Assembly: GCA_036338695.1 (NCBI GenBank) | Contig: JAYZBQ010000032.1 | Span: 1 to 20,920, forward strand | Direction of reading: 5' to 3' | DNA length: 20,920 nucleotides | From: Myxococcota bacterium | Lineage (GTDB): Bacteria > Myxococcota > UBA4151 | Shown here: positions 1 to 7,526 of the stretch, piece by piece | Numbering within the stretch: the stretch's first letter is position 1 | Layout: every line of letters starts with the position of its first letter | Program-made: the position numbers and the translations under genes | Notes under the pieces: generated by a model | Seen by the model: only the letters and a program-made list of their open reading frames with translations | Databases searched by the model: none | Told to the model about the DNA's origin: nothing

Positions 1-258
1 ACCGAAGCCACCAGCAGTATCATCGTCGGGGACAACCACTTTTTAGGCCCCATTAGCGGCGAGGGTGTGTTCTTGGGACCGATCAGCGGCGAAGGTGTTT
101 TCCGTATCGAGAACAACATCTTCGCTACGATCAACGGTTCAGCCGTCTCCGCGACCGAAGCCACCAGCAGTATCATCGTCGGGGACAACCACTTTTTAGG
201 CCCCATCAGCGGCGAAGGCGTCTTCTTGGGACCGATCAGCGGCGAGGGGGTCTTTCGG
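1..258 (+). repeat. Intragenic 153-nt (51-aa) tandem repeat with a nested 30-nt doublet encoding FLGPISGEGV
   Basis: Bases 1-105 recur at 154-258. The first 53 nt are identical and the rest differs only at synonymous positions. FLGPISGEGV is encoded at 40-69, 70-99, 193-222 and 223-252. Confidence 0.95.
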
Positions 259-2214
259 GTGTCGAGCAACCGCTTCGAGCAGATCGGCACCGACGGTCTG
301 GTCGTGATGGAGAGCGCGCAGTCCGGTGAGATCACCGGCAATACGTTTAGCGGGCCGATCGGCGGCGACGCCATGAACCTCGTCGGCAACCTTGAGACCT
401 CGACCATCAGCCTTCGCAACAACTCGAGCACCGGCGCAGGGGGCGCTGGCTTGATCATCGCTGAAGGCACCGCCACCTACGCCATCACCGCCAACACCAT
501 TGCGGACTCCGGTGGTCCTGGGCTCTGTCTGATCGACCTCGAGAGCCCGGGGAGCGTGCGGGCGGAGAACAACACCATCACCGACGCCGTGGGGATCGGG
601 GTCGAGGTGCTGCGCAATTCGGCTGAGGTTGAGCTGCTCGCCAACACCATCACGGGGACCAGCGTGGCAGAGGTCGGACCCATCGACCGCGACGCAGCCA
701 TGGCTTACGGCGTCGCGCTCTTTGACTCCAAGGCGACCATCATCCGCAACAACCGGATTCAAGAGAACGAGAGCGCCGGCATCCTAGCCGACATGACCGA
801 CTGGGGGATCTACTTCAGGCGGCCAGATCTCAGCGGCGACTCCAACGTTGTGGTGCGCGAAAATACCTTTGGGAGCAACGGCGGCGGTCGCAACCTCGTG
901 CTGCAAAACATCAACCCGGAGGCTCAACTCGACGCCGACACCGACCCAGATCAACCCGCTGCGGCTGAGCTCCTGCCAGCGGTCCGTTCGAGCCGCGCCT
1001 TTCGATGCGGCAACGGTCGCCTGGATGGCACCGAAGAGTGTGATTCAGGCGTCGCCGGCGGCACCGACGACTGCTCCGCCAACTGCCGGCTTCGGCGCGG
1101 CACGATGCTCGCGGGAGGCAACAACTTCCTGTGCACGGTCAGCTTCATCGGGCGGGTGACCTGCAGAGGCGATAACGAATACGGCGCCGTTGACCCAGGG
1201 CAGCGCTACACGCCAGAAGCGTTCGTGCGCCGCAACGACCTCCCGAGCGGCGTCTTGCAAGTCGCCGCCGGGGCGAAGGCGGGCTGTGTCCGCACGGCCG
1301 GCGGTCAGGTGTCGTGCTGGGGCGGCGGCCAGCTCGGACGAAACCAGAGGGCGAGAAATGGTCAACCAGCGGGGCTGGTGCAACGCTTTGAAGGCGACGA
1401 GCTCGTCTCGCTGACCGACGTACGGGACCTGGCGATGGGCGGCGATATGGCTTGTGCGGTGCACAATGACGGCTCCATCGCTTGCTGGGGTGAGGGCTCG
1501 CTCGGCGACGGCTACCCGGTCGAGCAAGAACACACCACGGCGCAGCGGATCGTCCACGGCGACCAGCTCATACCGAGCGGCGAGACGTCCGCGATCGAGG
1601 ACGCGCGACAAGTCGCCGTCGGCGCGGACTATGCGTGTTACCTCACGGCGACCGGCACGGTGAAGTGCTGGGGTCAGGGTGAGCGAAGCCAGCTCGGTCA
1701 ACCCATCAACGGCACGCTCAACCACGCCATCCCCGTCGCGCCCGAACTCGTCGCCGATATCGAGTTCGTGCGGGCTGGTAAGGCGCACGCCTGCGCGCTC
1801 AAGTCGGTGCAAGGCGGTATGAATCAAGCGATCTGCTGGGGCGCGAATGACAAGCGCCAGGCGAACCCAACCTCCCCGAGTCGCGTGACGGAGCCAGTTG
1901 TGATCGAAGGGCTTATCGGCGTGAAAGAGCTTGCGCTCGGCAACGACCACACCTGCGCGCTGTTGAACAGCGGAAGGATCAAGTGCTGGGGTGGAAACGG
2001 TGAGGGACAGGTAGGTATCGGCGATGCCGGGATGACACCTGTCAACACGCCGACCCTGGTGCAAGCAGGCGAGCAGCAACCGTTCACGGGTCAGTCGGCG
2101 CTCTTCGGGTTCGGTCAAAACAACTGTTCACTGGGCAGAAACGGCACCCTCAGTTGTTGGGGGGCGATGTTTGAGGCGAGCCTGCCGAACGTCGTGACCC
2201 GCTTGGTTCGATGA
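1..2214 (+). CDS. Large probably extracellular protein (5' truncated by the window): right-handed beta-helix repeats + Myxococcus Cys-rich repeat + RCC1/BLIP-II-like propeller
   Basis: Frame +1 is open from base 1 (TEATSSIIVGDNHF...), so GTG at 67 is internal. It has repeated 'I.xN.I/F' beta-helix rungs (ITGNTF, ITANTI, AENNTI, LLANTI, IRNNRI). CGNGRLDGTEECDSG...DCSANCR lies at about 1006-1089. About 7 RCC1-like units follow (e.g. 'LGNDHTCALLNSGRIKCWGGNGEGQVG'). Confidence 0.85.
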   Translation, partial: TEATSSIIVGDNHFLGPISGEGVFLGPISGEGVFRIENNIFATINGSAVSATEATSSIIVGDNHFLGPISGEGVFLGPISGEGVFRVSSNRFEQIGTDGLVVMESAQSGEITGNTFSGPIGGDAMNLVGNLETSTISLRNNSSTGAGGAGLIIAEGTATYAITANTIADSGGPGLCLIDLESPGSVRAENNTITDAVGIGVEVLRNSAEVELLANTITGTSVAEVGPIDRDAAMAYGVALFDSKATIIRNNRIQENESAGILADMTDWGIYFRRPDLSGDSNVVVRENTFGSNGGGRNLVLQNINPEAQLDADTDPDQPAAAELLPAVRSSRAFRCGNGRLDGTEECDSGVAGGTDDCSANCRLRRGTMLAGGNNFLCTVSFIGRVTCRGDNEYGAVDPGQRYTPEAFVRRNDLPSGVLQVAAGAKAGCVRTAGGQVSCWGGGQLGRNQRARNGQPAGLVQRFEGDELVSLTDVRDLAMGGDMACAVHNDGSIACWGEGSLGDGYPVEQEHTTAQRIVHGDQLIPSGETSAIEDARQVAVGADYACYLTATGTVKCWGQGERSQLGQPINGTLNHAIPVAPELVADIEFVRAGKAHACALKSVQGGMNQAICWGANDKRQANPTSPSRVTEPVVIEGLIGVKELALGNDHTCALLNSGRIKCWGGNGEGQVGIGDAGMTPVNTPTLVQAGEQQPFTGQSALFGFGQNNCSLGRNGTLSCWGAMFEASLPNVVTRLVR

Positions 2215-3395
2215 TCTTTGCGCTCGCGCTCGCTGCGAGCGCGCCGAGCGCAGCTGAGCCGCCCGATGAGCCCAGCCTAACCTGGGTGGCGCTGCCCATG
2301 TTCGGCGGCGACTCGGACCTAGGCTTCGTCATGGGCTTGGCGACCGTGATCTCAAAGCCGAGCGCTGACGACGACTTTATCTGGCAGCTGCAGACCCACA
2401 ACTCGACCAGCTTGAAATCACGCGGCGAGGAGACCTTTTGGCCGCTCCAGCGCCACTTCCTACGGTTCGAAAAGCCCCACTTCATGGGCCGCGTCGCGCT
2501 CTGGGCGGAGGCACGCTTTGAGCGCATCCTCGACGCTGGCTACTACGGCCTCGAGACGGGAACGGTCGAGCGCCTACCTCCCCCGCCCAACCCCACCTTC
2601 TACCAATACCAAAGCACCGAGCCGCACCTGCGCGGCTACCTCAGCGGCGCGGTCTGGGCTCGATCGTCCTGGCGATGGTTGAGTGGGTTGGACATCAAGT
2701 ACGCCGAGGCGCTCGCACCAGCGCAGAGCCGGCTTGACCTCGATCGAGACAGCAGCGAGCGCTTGCTCGGCGCCGCGCCCCATTGGACCCTGCAGCCTTG
2801 GCTTGGTCTCGCTTACGATACGCGCGACCGACGCTTTGGCACGCGCGCAGGCAGCAACCACCTGATCACCCTGCGCGGCTCGCCCGGTCTGCTCACCCCC
2901 GAGCTCCGCTTCGCCGGCGTCAGCGCGCTGATGCGCCAATACACTGCCATCACCGAGCGCACGGTCGTCGCCTACCGCATCTGGCTTGATGCGCTTTTTG
3001 GGGACGTGCCTTTTGAGGAGTTGGCGCGCGGCGGCGACCTCCGGCAGACGCGTATGATCGGTCACTCGAGGTCGCTCCGCGGCGTCCCGTGGGGGCGTGT
3101 GCATGCGCCGTACAAGGCGATGGGGACGCTCGAGCTCAGGCAGACGCTGATCAGCTACCGACGAGCCAACAAACCGCCGCTCAAGCTCAAACTGAACATC
3201 TTTGCAGAAGCGGGGCGCGGCTGGTGGCAGCCCGATGAGCCCGGCGCCGTGGCGTGGACCCTTGGATGGGGGCCCCGCTTTGTGCTCGGTCCCGGGGTCG
3301 ACCTGCGCATCGACTGGGCTTACTCGCCCTCGTCCGAACCCTTGGAGGGCAGCGTCTTTACTGGGTTCTACGTCGACTTGGGCGAGGTCCTTTAA
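2211..3395 (+). CDS. Omp85 (BamA/TamA) superfamily outer-membrane beta-barrel, apparently without POTRA domains
   Basis: It has an N-terminal signal peptide and 'ALPMFGGDSDLGFVMG' at the barrel start. Other motifs are 'LAYDTRD', 'SLRGVPWGR' (resembling the loop-6 (V/I)RG(F/Y) motif), 'LRIDWAY' and the terminal strand 'FYVDLGEVL'. It has an ATGA overlap with the upstream stop. Confidence 0.7.
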   Translation: MIFALALAASAPSAAEPPDEPSLTWVALPMFGGDSDLGFVMGLATVISKPSADDDFIWQLQTHNSTSLKSRGEETFWPLQRHFLRFEKPHFMGRVALWAEARFERILDAGYYGLETGTVERLPPPPNPTFYQYQSTEPHLRGYLSGAVWARSSWRWLSGLDIKYAEALAPAQSRLDLDRDSSERLLGAAPHWTLQPWLGLAYDTRDRRFGTRAGSNHLITLRGSPGLLTPELRFAGVSALMRQYTAITERTVVAYRIWLDALFGDVPFEELARGGDLRQTRMIGHSRSLRGVPWGRVHAPYKAMGTLELRQTLISYRRANKPPLKLKLNIFAEAGRGWWQPDEPGAVAWTLGWGPRFVLGPGVDLRIDWAYSPSSEPLEGSVFTGFYVDLGEVL

Positions 3396-3480
3396 GCCTC
3401 GGGCATCCATCCGATAAGCCAGCTTCCTCCTTGAGGTCACCGATCAGGCCAGCCAATAAGCGCCGACTCGGGAGGTTCTT

Positions 3481-4788
3481 ATGCGCTTATCTGCCATGAT
3501 CTTGACCGCCGCCACGCTGGCCTGTGCGCCGCCGATGTCCACGACCGACAACGGCGCAATCGGCGACAACGGCGGGCGTCAACAGGTGCCTAACGAGAAC
3601 AACGACAACAACGGCGGAAACGGGGACAACCCGACACCGCCTGCGGATCTGCTGGATCCGGGCTCACGCTGCGACTGCTCGAGCGAGTGCTGGGGCACTG
3701 ACGAGAACCCAGGGATCTGCGTCTTGGGCTTGTGCATGCAAGCGGCTGCCGGTGAATGCGCCGAAGCCGGCTCACGCAGCGAGTGCGACAGCCGCTCGCG
3801 CTGCTGGGGCGCCGAAGGGCTCGAGGGCTCGATCTGCTGGCCGGACGCCAACGCCTATGACTGTCAGGGCGACACGGACGGCGACGGCTCGTGTGTACCG
3901 ACCGCGGAGGATAGCTGCGACGCCACCTGCTCCGACTTCTGCGAGCGCTCCAACTCAGGCGGCGGCGACGTCAACCGATGCGATGCGATCACCTGCCCGG
4001 ACGGACAGCTCTGCGACCCTTCGAGCGGTCGCTGCATCGAGACCGATCAGAACCTGCCGGCTGGCAGCCCGCCAGACTGTGCGCGCGACGTCCCCTCGTA
4101 CACCGACTGTGACCCGCGCGGCGGTGACAACAGCTGCGCCGAGCTGATCCAGTTCGACCCGGTGCGCGAGCTCGGCTACTGGGACTACCCGCTCAACGGC
4201 GAGACCGAGCGCGACCAGTATCGCTCGTGGGCTCGGCGTGACCTGATGCTGCTGATCCGGCGCGCCACAGCGGCGACGCAGTGCCTGAGCGAAGACTGGG
4301 AGTATCAAGCCTACCAAGACCTCGGCCTCGGCGACATGAGCGAGCGCGACGGCTCGATCCCCGGCACCCGCGAAGGGCGCCCGGGTCATCCGCAGGGGAC
4401 GCACACCAACGGGCACGACATGGACATCGCCTACTACCAAGTGGGTCAACGCAACAACTGGCTCCGCTCGGTGTGTGAGCACGTCCAAAACGGTCAAGAT
4501 CAATACCGCTGCGTAGCCGACCCGGTCATCCTCGACGTCTACCGAACCGCCCTGTTCATCGGTCGGCTCCACGACACCCCCTACCTCCGGGTGATCGGCG
4601 TGGACGGCAAGGTCGGCCCGTTGGTACGCAATGCGGTAGCTCAACTTTGCGGCGCTGGCTGGCTACGCAACAGCGCCTGCCGCCAGCTCAAGCTCGCCTA
4701 TGAGGTCGAGAACGAAGGGCAAGGTTGGTACAACTTCCACCACCACCACCTGCATATTTCGCTCTCGGCGCCGACGCGCGGCTGGTAG
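3481..4788 (+). CDS. Cys-rich lipoprotein with C-terminal MepA-like (penicillin-insensitive murein endopeptidase, LAS family) Zn-peptidase domain
   Basis: GGAGG at 3471-3475 and a lipobox-like TLAC are followed by an Asn/Gly-rich linker and a Cys-rich region. 'LGDMS..DG' and 'GHPQGTHTNGHDMDI' (H-x6-D) plus 'HHHHLHIS' (HxH) match the LAS/MepA Zn-ligand motifs. Confidence 0.75.
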   Translation: MRLSAMILTAATLACAPPMSTTDNGAIGDNGGRQQVPNENNDNNGGNGDNPTPPADLLDPGSRCDCSSECWGTDENPGICVLGLCMQAAAGECAEAGSRSECDSRSRCWGAEGLEGSICWPDANAYDCQGDTDGDGSCVPTAEDSCDATCSDFCERSNSGGGDVNRCDAITCPDGQLCDPSSGRCIETDQNLPAGSPPDCARDVPSYTDCDPRGGDNSCAELIQFDPVRELGYWDYPLNGETERDQYRSWARRDLMLLIRRATAATQCLSEDWEYQAYQDLGLGDMSERDGSIPGTREGRPGHPQGTHTNGHDMDIAYYQVGQRNNWLRSVCEHVQNGQDQYRCVADPVILDVYRTALFIGRLHDTPYLRVIGVDGKVGPLVRNAVAQLCGAGWLRNSACRQLKLAYEVENEGQGWYNFHHHHLHISLSAPTRGW

Positions 4789-4820
4789 TCCGGCGCAGCG
4801 GACGACAGCGCCCGTAAAAC

Positions 4821-5861
4821 CTAGCGCCCGGTCAGCCGCTGCGGGTCTTCGATCGCCTCGCTGGTGCATTCGGGCGGCGCGGTCACAGGGTTGCACCGGC
4901 TCGGCGTGCCGCCCGGGAGGGTGGCGTGGTAATCGACCCCAAAGGCGGGCGCCGGGAAATCGGTGCTGATCAACTGCGCGCCGCTCGCCCAGGCTGCTTT
5001 GAGCTGGCTGTCATCACCGGCTAAGCCGACGAGGGCGTCATCCCCGCGCGTGCGCACGATCAAGCCGAGCTCGACCGCCTCTCGAATCTGCTCGGCGGAG
5101 CTGATGGGGTTGTTGTAGTTGGTGATCGCCGCGATCGGGTCCGAGGGGTCGGAGACGGCGAACAGGGCGCGATGGCTCAGGTCGGTGCGATCACGGCTGT
5201 AACGACGCCCCCACTCACCCCAGCTGTCCATCCAAAGGATCGAGCGCCCGCGGGTTTGCGCGAGCCTGGGCCAGCCACGCGTCACGATCGCCTCACGCAA
5301 GGTCTCAAAATCACCTTGGACCTCGCTGGGGGTGACGTGGCGACCATCGGCGAGCACCTCTCGAACCACCTGATCGAGCTGGTCCAGCATCGGCTCAGCG
5401 ATCGCCTCGCTGAAGTTGGTTTTCGGCTCGATCATCACAAAGAGTGGGTGATGCCCTGGGTGCGCATCGGACCAATCGCGCAGCACACTCAAGCAGGCGC
5501 GCAGCGTCGGGCAGTTGCTGACCTCGTCGAGGATGCCGATGTGAAAGACGTCGAAGATCTGGCGCTCGGCGTCGTAGTAGACGTCGAGCTCGAACTTACG
5601 CATCCCCTGCTCGCTGAGCTGCCGGTCGAGCGAGAGGTGCGTGTAGCGCCAGTCATCGAGCGTGTTGCCCGGTGGCTCGACGTGATAGCTGTTGTGCGAG
5701 CCCAGCGCCTGCAGCTGGCTGGTGCTCAGGACATCGTCGAGCGGGTGCACAGTTGAACGCGGCGGCGTCTCGCCAGCGCATCCGAGCGCGCACCCTAGCA
5801 CCCAACCGATCCAGCGCCTCAAGACCGACCTCCCATACGTCGCGTGCTCATGGTCTAGCAC
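4821..5861 (-). CDS. Ca2+-dependent phosphoinositide-specific phospholipase C-like phosphodiesterase (probable lipoprotein)
   Basis: Motifs are 'GSHNSYH', 'QLSEQGMRKFELDVY', 'WSDAHPGHHPLFVMIEPK', 'IVRTRGD' and 'SGAQLISTDF'. It has a possible ALGC lipobox and GGAG upstream of the GTG start. Confidence 0.8.
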   Translation of the reverse strand: MLDHEHATYGRSVLRRWIGWVLGCALGCAGETPPRSTVHPLDDVLSTSQLQALGSHNSYHVEPPGNTLDDWRYTHLSLDRQLSEQGMRKFELDVYYDAERQIFDVFHIGILDEVSNCPTLRACLSVLRDWSDAHPGHHPLFVMIEPKTNFSEAIAEPMLDQLDQVVREVLADGRHVTPSEVQGDFETLREAIVTRGWPRLAQTRGRSILWMDSWGEWGRRYSRDRTDLSHRALFAVSDPSDPIAAITNYNNPISSAEQIREAVELGLIVRTRGDDALVGLAGDDSQLKAAWASGAQLISTDFPAPAFGVDYHATLPGGTPSRCNPVTAPPECTSEAIEDPQRLTGR

Positions 5862-5882
5862 AAACCGCTCCGCCTTGGGACC

Positions 5883-6773
5883 TCAAGCCTGCGCAGGCTG
5901 TTTTCGAGCGTAGGCGATGTGCTTTCCCCCAGCGCGCGGCAGCCGGTCGCCGAGCACGAACACGCCGCGCACGAGCGCCTTCTCCAGCCACGAGATCTCG
6001 AGCCGGCCAAGCTCTTGATTCTTGGTGTAACGCTCGAGGACCTCGAACCCGGTGCGGGCGAACAACTCGGTCAGACTCTGCGCCGTAAAGTAGGACAGGT
6101 GATCTGGGTAATACAGCTTCCTCATCGGCCGATCAAAGCGCCCCAAGCTGAGGTGAAAAAGCGCCTTGGAGATTCGGCGCACTAAAGCCTCGTCATTGGG
6201 GGTCAAGACGAAGAGCACACCGCCCGGCTTGAGCAGCCGGTGAACGGCGCACAGGTCACCGACGGGGTCAGCGAGGTGCTCGACGAGATCGTACATGGTG
6301 ATCACGTCGTAGCTCGCTTCAGGTAGCTCCAGCTCGGTCAGAAAACGATCATGGACTTTACAGCCGAGCCGCGCCCGCGTGAGCTCGGCGAGCGGCTGGC
6401 AGATCTCGACGCCCTCAACGCGAAAGCCGAGCGCCTGCGCCCGCTCCATCAACCCGCCGGTGCCGCAGCCAATATCGAGCAAACGAGGCGCCCGCTCCGC
6501 TTCAAGCGTGAGCAGGGCGCGGCTTGTGCGCAGGTAGCCGTCAATGTTCGCCATCACCTGCGCGTCCATGCCGGCGAAGTATTGGTTCTCACCTTGCTGA
6601 CCGTAGTTTTCATACAGGTCAGCGATCGTCTCATGGGTGTGTTCGTCGTTCAGGTAGACGTGGCTGCAGACGGCGCAGCGCAGGACCTGACGCCCATCCA
6701 CCTCAAAGAGCAGGACCCCTTGATGCGATGCGCAGACCCGGCAAGCGATAGGATGGTGCGTCGCGGACGTCAT
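5883..6773 (-). CDS. Class I SAM-dependent methyltransferase with N-terminal CxxC...CxxC zinc ribbon
   Basis: Motifs are CRVC/CAVC, motif I 'LLDIGCGTG', 'YDVITMYDLVEHL', 'LLKPGGVLFVLTPN' and 'PDHLSYFT'. This subfamily is common in glycan-modification loci; the substrate is unknown. Confidence 0.88.
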   Translation of the reverse strand: MTSATHHPIACRVCASHQGVLLFEVDGRQVLRCAVCSHVYLNDEHTHETIADLYENYGQQGENQYFAGMDAQVMANIDGYLRTSRALLTLEAERAPRLLDIGCGTGGLMERAQALGFRVEGVEICQPLAELTRARLGCKVHDRFLTELELPEASYDVITMYDLVEHLADPVGDLCAVHRLLKPGGVLFVLTPNDEALVRRISKALFHLSLGRFDRPMRKLYYPDHLSYFTAQSLTELFARTGFEVLERYTKNQELGRLEISWLEKALVRGVFVLGDRLPRAGGKHIAYARKQPAQA

Positions 6774-6890
6774 GCGCTCTCGTTTCGAATCCTTACCGGC
6801 ACCATAAGCTTATTTTCGCCTCTTGGCACCTTGCGAATCCGGGCACATCTGTTCAGGCTTGTGGCGTGCTCACCGGTGAGGAGCCCTCGA

Positions 6891-7526
6891 TTGCAAGCGC
6901 CCGTCGGGAAGCCCACCTTACGAGGCGTCTCTCATCTCATCGCCACCATCCCCGCCATCATCGCCGCGTTGCTGCTCGCGCAACACGCCACCGGCGAGCG
7001 GCTGCAGCTGGGCGTCGTGCTGTACGGGACCACGATGGTCCTGCTTTTTGCGGTCAGCGGATTTTATCACACGCCCAACTGGCCCCCCGAGCTACGGATG
7101 AAGCTCAGAAGGCTGGATCGGTCGATGATCTACCTGTTCATGGCCGGCGGGTTCACCCCCTACTTTATGGTCATCCAGGCAGAGCACAGCGAGTGGGTCT
7201 TGCCCGTCGTCTGGACCGGCGCCGCGCTCGGCACCGTCAAATCCTGCTTCTTCCCACACGCACCGCGGGCGCTGACAGCGAGCCTCTATGTCCTGCTGGG
7301 GTTGGTTGCGGCGCCCTTTATGCCAGCGATGTTTCGCCAGCTCGGTCAGGCGCCGGTCATCTTGGTGGCGCTTGGTGGTTTAGCCTACGGCGTCGGGGCG
7401 CTCTGCTACGCGCGTAAGACGCCCAACCCGTACCCCGGCACCTTTGGTTACCACGAGGTGTTTCACCTCTGCGTCATCGTCGGCGCCGCCTGTCACTATG
7501 CGGGCGCCTGGATCATCAGCGGCTAG
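6891..7526 (+). CDS. Hemolysin III / PAQR family membrane protein (TrhA-like)
   Basis: Motifs are 'KPTLRGVSH', 'SGFYH', 'RRLDRSMIY' and 'FGYHEVFHLCV..GAACHY', with about 7 TM segments. The start is placed at TTG 6891, with GAGGAG at 6878-6883. The ORF-track extension back to 6351 overlaps the methyltransferase. Confidence 0.88.
   Translation: MQAPVGKPTLRGVSHLIATIPAIIAALLLAQHATGERLQLGVVLYGTTMVLLFAVSGFYHTPNWPPELRMKLRRLDRSMIYLFMAGGFTPYFMVIQAEHSEWVLPVVWTGAALGTVKSCFFPHAPRALTASLYVLLGLVAAPFMPAMFRQLGQAPVILVALGGLAYGVGALCYARKTPNPYPGTFGYHEVFHLCVIVGAACHYAGAWIISG

Noticed and set aside
1..258. 30-nt repeats as a possible CRISPR array or DGR template/variable repeat
   Set aside because: The repeats are in-frame coding units without unique spacers. 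Differences are synonymous third-position changes rather than adenine-specific, and no cas or reverse transcriptase gene is in the window.
1045..2118. Long antisense ORFs (1045-2118; also 2574-3440, 14927-15763, 15874-16737, 16913-17692)
   Set aside because: These are shadow frames of well-supported genes in GC-rich DNA, with no recognisable motifs.
4789..4820. GGCGC/GCGCC hairpin between convergent genes as an intrinsic terminator
   Set aside because: The stem is only about 5 bp, with no U-tract following it on either strand.
6823..6834. TGGCAC-c-TTGC as a sigma54 promoter
   Set aside because: The spacing between the GG and GC elements is too short for a -24/-12 promoter.
6351..6890. N-terminal 180-aa extension of the hemolysin III ORF
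   Set aside because: It overlaps the opposite-strand methyltransferase. Family similarity begins at KPTLRG, and a good RBS precedes TTG 6891.
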